Positions 25,546 through 64,000 of a DNA stretch of 64,000 nucleotides are shown in pieces; position 1 is the stretch's first letter; every line of letters starts with the position of its first letter. The stretch lies in contig NC_092672.1 of NCBI RefSeq assembly GCF_964355755.1, forward strand, positions 29,084,437 to 29,148,436. Reading direction: 5' to 3'. The translations under genes were made by a program, and so were the position numbers. The stretch is from Antedon mediterranea. Taxonomy: Eukaryota; Animalia; Echinodermata. The notes beneath the pieces were generated by a model. The model was not told the DNA's origin. It was given only the letters and a program-made list of their open reading frames with translations, and ran no database searches.

Positions 25546-27255
25546 TAAGCTTATTTCAGTTTTACAAGGTCAATATATATATCTTTTATTACTTTTTTAT
25601 AACAAGGTTTCAGCAACTATGAACAGGAAGAATCCCAAGAACCTGTGATCAATACATACAAAGTGTGATACACAAAGCCCAACACGTTAGTGAGTGGGCA
25701 TGTATCTGCATGGGCCAGTCATGGTACATAATGGTATTGCTTTAAACCCAATAGATAGCATAAATACGAAGACTGAAATATGATAAAAGTAGTACCATTT
25801 ACAATATAAAATCTGGTAGATATTACCATTTTAAAAAGACAAAAAAAAACAACCAGACCTAGCAAACGTTTTTTTCAATTTTTGGACCTCGGAGAAATTA
25901 ATTCTTAATTCTATTCCTCAACTTGATTTTATTTGACCAATGACACATGATTTGCTTAGGTCGGAGGTCGTCGAAAATGTCAACTTAATGACTTACATTG
26001 ATGATCACTTTATTATAAACAACATTTACTATTTAGAATGTTACTAGTCATTTAGTTCTATGATTATATTTTTCTAAACAAATTAAAATTTGGTACATAA
26101 TTGCTTATACTTAACCATTGAAGTAAATAAGACATTGAAACTTAAATGAGTAAAATGTTGGAACAAACACCTTTAAAACATAATTTAATAAATTAAAATA
26201 TTGGTAATATATCAACATAAGTCTTTTACTTCTACATTATAGTCAAATCATTGATATTAACAAGATTCTGAAGAAACTTGCTATCTTTTAAAACTTTGCA
26301 GCATATACCAATATGCTTAGAAACAATTTTAAGTATAATAGTATTATGGTAGATTAACCCCTTAATTGAGAAACCTCTATGCAGTGGACATCCCTATTAC
26401 GGGGACACTTTGCTGGGTCGCAAAGGTGTCAACTTTAATATGAGTTCTACTCTATCTAACACTTCAGTATGTATTGACATATTATTAATTGGTAACGTAT
26501 CAGCACCATTACAAAATATTTTGATTAAACCATAAACAGGCCAAGATTAAAGAACTGTTATATGTCCAGAAACCAACACCTTAAGTTAATTGCCAATCTA
26601 ACCAAAGTGCAGAATAAGAAATCCCAGCAAAGTCTGTTTGCTAGCTGCTCTAAAATAGTGTATCTCAAAATTAAACCATACAGAGGCAGATCCAGAGTGA
26701 TGGTGAAAAAGGATGGCAGCTGGGAACTGGAGAGGAGCTCATGCATTCTGTGGGATTGGATCTGCATCTGCAAGGAAGCGTGCTCACCGTATAGTAGAGA
26801 AGTATCACCAGGCAAATGTAGTTGTGTAAGGAATAACAATATAATGAACAAAAACATACTATAAACAGAACAGAAGTCTGCTTTGTGTTGAGGTCTCTTA
26901 AAAGCTTTTACACAAATTAAATACAGCCACACTACCAAATCTGGGAACCTTGGGCTGGCCCAGAAACATTTTTTTCCTGGAAAGTCTGGTTTCAGGATTA
27001 TTAGTAAGAAAGATTTTTGTAACTAAACAAAATTTACATCTACAGGTTTTCCAGATTCCAGGTAGTTCACAAAAGTCACTACATAAAAACATAACATAAA
27101 AAATAATCTTAAATAATGTTCCTGTTTTCTTTTTGTATAAAATATACAATAATGTACAATATGCACATCACATAACCTTACTTTCATCTGAATATAAAAC
27201 TCTAAGCACCATTTCAATCTTTTAGAATTTCCAACTTCTTAGAAAACTAACTTAG

Positions 27256-57767
<30,512 letters not shown>

Positions 57768-59246
57768 GTTTTCTTATCGTTTTAGTCAATCTGAAATCTC
57801 ATTGTAAGATCTGAAAGATAAGAAAATATTCTGGTAAATATCACAATAATGTATATTTTCATAACATGAAACAATTCTTATTATCAAACCAATTACGATG
57901 AACATTTACAATCATATATTTTTTTTTTTTTAAATGTGACCTAATAATAGGTACTGTACTGTACAATGATAAAATGGAGAAAGGGGTCTTACCATCTCAA
58001 ATCATTTCATTTATTTATTTAACAAAAAAACAACAATAAAAACCAGTCATAAAAAACAAAAGCGACCTAAGACACTGTGAATCAATGAGTCAAATTTACA
58101 ACAACCAACATCATCTTGGATTACAGTACTGTATATTGTAAATTTCGACAAATTTATTTTATTTTATGATAATGCAATAAAAAGATGTTTAGAATAAACA
58201 AAACACAATAAAGATGATCAATGTGAATTGTAAGTGATAGATTAGAAACAAATTAAGTCAACAGCAGGAAAGATAATACCATACTGCACATGCATAATGA
58301 TATCTTAAGAATTATGAGATACAGTACTGTAATAGGTGATAATAATCATATCTTCAATTCCATAAATTAACATTAAATTATTTCACACCCTACATTACAT
58401 CTACAGTAACAACATATTCATTATATTCATTTATATTTTTTAGGCATGAAGTGATTTCTAAATTTTATAAGAATTAATAAACAATAAATTATGTTTTTGC
58501 TTTTTGATGCAATTTAAAGATTATAAATTACCAAAATTTGCACTATCCTGACATACAAATGAAAGCCTATTTTTTATTTATATTTAATAGAAATACTGTA
58601 TTATAACTAAGTGTATACAGTATAGTTATCATATTAGGCCTGTTTTATTTCTAAAAAGTCGAATAATGTCTAATAATAAATAAAAATAGAAATCAGGACA
58701 AGACCATCAGTCTTGGAGGGGTGCAATTACTTTTTGAGTTTATGTTCTCCACTGGAAATTGGAATGGAAAAGGCCTATGTCGGTTTATTCAGGTAAAATA
58801 GGCAGGAATTATATGCTTTAAGGTAATACTACATACAAAAAGGGAAAAAGAAATTGAACTGTATGCAAAATAATCATAAAACTTCTAATATTTTAAATAT
58901 ATTTTATTATCACTAATCCACATTTCAACAATGTATTAGGTCTACTACAGTATTACATCATCACTCAAAAATACCAGAGAATTTTGCAATGTCAATTACG
59001 TACTTAAGATTAAAATCTTAAATGGGATTAAACTTCACGTTTTAAGTGAAATCACACTCGTTTCTAGGGCAAACCAACACATGCATCAGATTCCTTACCC
59101 AGCATGCAAAGACAGAATCATCGTTGGAAATGTATGCATTAAAATTACAAGGCACCAGTCTATATGACTTTATTTATGTCAGCTATAAATAATGTTTAAT
59201 TCTATATACAGATTTTATCAATGGAACAGATCTTAAAGCAAAAATA

Positions 59247-59750
59247 CAGTTAGAACCTCTATTAGGGGCTATCTTAGGGACCCAAAAATGTCCCTTAATA
59301 GGGGTGACCTCTAAATAGAGGTTGGACATACTGTAGTGTTAAAACTATATTCATTCATTTGTTTCAAAAGTGTCGTTTATACTGTAGGGGTGTCCCCTGA
59401 ATAGAAGTTGGCGGTAGTTTTAAAACATTACAGTTCTTCATCTGTCCTCTGAATAGGAATGTCCCCTTAAAAGAGGTTGGCCATAGGGTTAAAACATGTA
59501 TCCCCTCATTTGTGTCATGGCAAAGTGTTAAAACATTAAACTGTATTCCTTCATCTGTCCTCTGAATAGGGATGTCCTCCTACTAATAGAAGTTGTCGGT
59601 AGTTTTAAAACATTACAGTATATTTCTTCATCTGTCCTCTGAATACGAATGTCCCCTTAAAAGAGGTTGGCCGTAGGGTTAAAACATGCATCACCTCATT
59701 CATTGTCATTGTCATGGGAAAGTGGTCTTTTAATAGGTGTGTCCTCTCAT
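59247..59750. repeat. MITE family 3 copy with tandemly expanded internal subrepeat
   Basis: TA|CAGTTAGAACCTCTATT followed by several copies of TGTCCCCT(G/T)AA(T/A)AGAGGTTGG...TTAAAACAT. Confidence 0.7.
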
Positions 59751-62700
59751 CTATTTTTATGGGAAAATTTCCCAAAGGGGAGACTCGTCTACCTTGTAGT
59801 GCTGTACAGTACTAATCAGTGTAAGCCTACAAGGTATTCCTGTAAAGAAACCCACTTCCAAATTTTCTTGGTAAAAACAGATTAGGTAAATTGCCAAATT
59901 CCACACTAAACAGTTTACAATTCTTAGATTTCAAAGTTTGTGGTGATAATGATAAATAAATTCTATTAAATATTTGTAATTATTACAAAGAATTTGATGT
60001 AAGATAAGATCAACAAATAGATTGTAAACATTCCTTATCTATGAATCACAGATCTATAATTTATTTAATTAATGGAGTCACAGATGTTTATAGTGTTTCT
60101 TTACTGGTGTGTTACAATAGGCATTGATTAGGGATACAGTGTGCAATTGTTCATTAAGAATTCTGAAGTCTTAAAATCCATTGTGTAAATACAGTTTATA
60201 GTTGCGAAGTCCAGTAGAAAGGTAGCTACAGTAGGGTAACCCAATGGTATTGACTGATACCTCGAAACACTGTAATAAATGAAGATGTACAGTACGTCCC
60301 ATATAACTTTATACACACACTGTAATAAGTCGATGTTCTGTTCTGAACTTGGCCCTGTATTTTTATTGATGGCAGAATAAAGAATTAGAAAGTTTATGTA
60401 TTGTATAAACATACAGCAAGCTTACACATACTGTACATGGCATGCACAGCTCCTGAAATTACATCATAAAGGAGAATCTAAACCCATGTCGGCCATTACG
60501 TGTCAAATCAACCAGATTTATAAAAAGTTTCCACCTTTTCCGACTCGGATTTTGACGAAACTATTGAACGAAATATAACCCACTATATGTGAAAAACCAA
60601 CCCATCAAAAAATTAGCCATATATGATACTGCATGTACAGTACTGTAGTTTCGGAGATATTGACGCCACCACTTTTGTTTAAGCATACTCTGTACGTACA
60701 TTATTTATAAACTGATTGTACCCTTGAACAATTTTAAGTAAGAGCACACAGCATCTTTTTTGTTTCAACCAGTAGTATGTCACACATCTATTATTAAATA
60801 TCATAACACATAGCATGGGCTTGAATCATTTGTAAGGATATAATGAATTAGAACCACCCCCGGCCCCCTCCCCCCCCCCCCCACCCCTTCCCAGAAAAAA
60901 AAAATATACAGAAACATTTAAATGCTAAACTAATTTCAGCATTTTATTTCAAAAAGACTGCCTAAATGATCATATACCTGGCTTACTCAAGGACACAAGT
61001 CAATTTCCACAGAATGAATAGACACAAATATCATATCTTCCGATTTAATTGCGGTCTTTCCATGAATTTTTGGTAAGAATTGGCACAGCATGATGCCATA
61101 TAAGGTTCTTTTAAAACGTTGGCACGTAGAGGAGCATGTAGCTTAATTTGATTAACTAACACATGTTTACATATGAACGGTCTTATTAAGCAATGTCGAC
61201 AACATCTTTATTTCATTTACGTAATAAAGCAATTTGTAATAAGGTTTCTCAAATTACTGTAGAATATGTAAATTAGGTACTGCAGATAAATGGACGATAC
61301 TACTGTAATGCAGACTTACTACACATGAAGATATCATAAATAAATAAATAAATAAATAAATAAATATGGATTGGCGACAAGCTTGATTTAATATGGAAAT
61401 TCTAATTATTATTATATTACAAATATTACTTTCATTTTCAACAGCATACTGTACACTACAGTATAACACCATTAACAAAGGGGACACTTTACCTTGATAC
61501 GGTACAGTATGTTTTAAGTTATGTATTAAATATACCCTACTATATTTCAGGGGACACCCTTTAGTAAAAGGATATTTTCCTTTGAAACGAACAAGGGACA
61601 TGAGTATGTTTTAAAGACTATTGCCAACCTCTATTCAGGGGACAACAACTGTAACTGAAGTGGACACTTTGCTTCCCTGGAGTTGTCCCCTTAATGCCAG
61701 CAGTTCTACACTTTATACTGATATTTCTAGTAAAACTCTGAATTTGCAGCTTTTATAGAATCAAATCTTTCCAAATAATTACTATGCAAAAATTTATGCA
61801 TTCAAACAACTCTATCAGTATCACGATCAATCATTGAACAACTGAACAGCAGCAAATGAGAATTTCTTTTTACATAACAAATCTATTCTTAATCCTCCTA
61901 AAGCTACTAGGATAGATTTTTGTTATAGATTGAAATTTGTGAATTGTTTGCAATTGATTTTTGTCGTAAATGGCTAATCCTGTTTACTTTCAGAGCAAAA
62001 TAATTATATTTCTTTAAAAATTAGAAAAAAGAGAATTCAGTACAGGCGGTATTCTCATCTTTTTTTTAAATCAGTATTAAAATACCTGACAAAAGAAATA
62101 AAAAGAATCAGTCTTACTCTTAAGTTAAACTGTAAGTAGTTCAGAAATAAATACACAAGAAAAATGCATTGTTTAAGATTGTCACAAAGGATACTGTAGG
62201 AAGAGTAGTGTAAAGGCGAGTCACACCACAAACATTATGAATAATACCAGTAAAAAAATATTCAACTAATCATAGCATAAATTCAATAAACATCCAATTG
62301 TACAGCCCCAATTGTAGACGAATTTGTCCATAAAGGCCACCCATCACAAATGAATAATGAGATAATTATGCCATGGACACAGTAGATTAATTACTCCATT
62401 AAGATGCTTACAGATCACCTTAGAAAAACAATTTATTAAAATAATCAATCATGAATAGCACTGTAGAAATTTCACTGACTAAAAATAGAAATTTACATAA
62501 ACACTATGTTGTGTAAGAGTATAACTAAAATTGATGTACATGTAAAGCATTTATTATTCTACTACCTGAAATAATTTTCTATTCATGTGAATCAAAAGCT
62601 TTGACTAATTCGCATGCGTAATAATATTTTCATACTGCGACATGAACGAAATGCAGATAACAGGCTTTAAGGTTCTTTTTTATCATTTTTGAAACTACTG

Positions 62701-62906
62701 TAAGAAACAACTTGTAAATACTGTTTTCTAGTACAAGAAATTGCATGTTTTAAACAATGATTCTGTGTATAACTTACTAATAGAACTTGAAGAATCCCTT
62801 GACACCAATATGGTATTTAATTAAGGGATCACAGCGAAAGAGGTGTATAACATGTACAGTAACTACTAGTACTGCACAGGCATCACCTATATTCTGAGGA
62901 AATCCC

Positions 62907-64000
62907 TTAAAATGGACCTGAAATGGATTTTCGATTTTTTTCATTTTAGAATGATGTTTTGGGGGCTATTAGGTGTTGCTAGAATGTATATTGTTACAAA
63001 ATATAAATTGGCCCTTTTGGGGAAAGCCCCATTTGAAAATCAAAAAAATTTGCGGGTGACGTCACTTTGCGAATATATTCCTATCCCTCCAATGGAAAAT
63101 TTGCAGTTTTTTGGCTATAACTCTTAAAATCTATGGAGTATTTTCTAAAAAATGCTTGTGCATTTGCAGAAACGTATTTAGAATTTTTTTAGATAAAATT
63201 ATTACCGTATAAACGGTTATTCATCGAGTAAATGACGATTTAAAATCTTAAAATCAACGGTTTTTTTCTGGCAATACCGAAGTTGGCCTGGCAACGTTGT
63301 CCGGGATACAGCTCCGTGCGCAATGATGCGTATCCATATTTTCCGTTCGTGTATTTTGTATATCGTTCGTAATTTATACTGCTAAAATGTGTTAGTTTCT
63401 TTAGTTTTTAGTTTAGCAGAATTAAATTAGTAATATGAGATGATAATTTATTTGTCACGAATCAGGCAGTTCGAAAACGAATTTTATTCATATTTTACTT
63501 TGGCTTGACAATGAGCGAAGCAAGTTGTTGATATCGCTTTGGTCCTTGGATGCACATGAAACGGAGCCTCGCCGCATGATGTGGGTGGTGGATCGACTCC
63601 GCGCGCTGGATTGAGGGGCCTAGGCTTAGTAAAGGTTTGGGAGGTAGGCCTTCTAAATTCGGGTTTTAGAACAAACGAAGTACATTTTAGGGACCTATAT
63701 TTCAACAACATTAGGTATTGAATAAATTAGTATTAGTGTCAACGCTTCGCGTATCTTTCCAGGCCGTCGATCATTCACTGACTATCGGGCGGCATATACA
63801 CGCTCTCGATATCATCGTGTGTATATGTGTATGTGACGTCGTGAATATAGAGGCTTCCGACGGCCGTTAAAATAGAATATTGCAATGGCGTGGGTAATTT
63901 TCACTAATTTACCATGGTATCTTAAAATTTCGTTTTTACTCAAAATACTATACATTTTATTTTTATTTGTATGGGTTTGTGTTAATTTGATACATTTAAA
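62907..64000. mobile_element. Probable left part of a TTAA-inserting (Kolobok-like) DNA transposon running off the window
   Basis: Abrupt switch to CpG-rich sequence after TTAA|AATGGACCTGAAATGG; other terminus not visible; could instead include the Ack-like promoter region. Confidence 0.3.

Noticed and set aside
26558-26938. Extra gene from overlapping 100-126 aa ORFs
   Set aside because: No domain motifs; lies just downstream of the Ack-like stop and is most likely 3' UTR.
59330-59750. CRISPR-like repeat/spacer array
   Set aside because: Eukaryotic context, repeats are degenerate, intervening sequences are themselves repeated, no cas genes; it is a MITE subrepeat expansion.

Overview
AT-rich, intron-containing animal DNA, inferred to be an invertebrate deuterostome (probably an echinoderm, from HYR/lectin content and a Deu-domain SINE). 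It holds two convergent genes. (1) On the + strand, 255-23808, a 5'-truncated giant modular lectin. I traced 50 exons by hand (about 3,380 aa in the window): CUB(partial)-CTLD-TSP1-F-type lectin, then 17 HYR and 13 further C-type lectin domains, with no transmembrane segment found. Its core is five tandem copies of a 7-exon super-repeat [HYR-A, CTLD-X, HYR-B, CTLD-Y, HYR-C], all internal introns are phase 1, and the sugar-site motifs alternate EPD/EPN. (2) On the - strand, 27256-57767, an Ack-like (PR2-type) non-receptor tyrosine kinase of 14 coding exons (about 1,339 aa: SAM-TK-SH3-CRIB-low complexity-UBA) with a candidate 9-nt microexon. Introns carry several MITE families (TWA, TA, 5-, 7- and 9-bp TSDs), a DeuSINE, CR1 and RTE LINE remnants, a nested 3-kb transposon, an acidic-looking minisatellite and many TACAGTA/TACTGTA footprint-like motifs. 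Gene models are manual and untested against transcripts.
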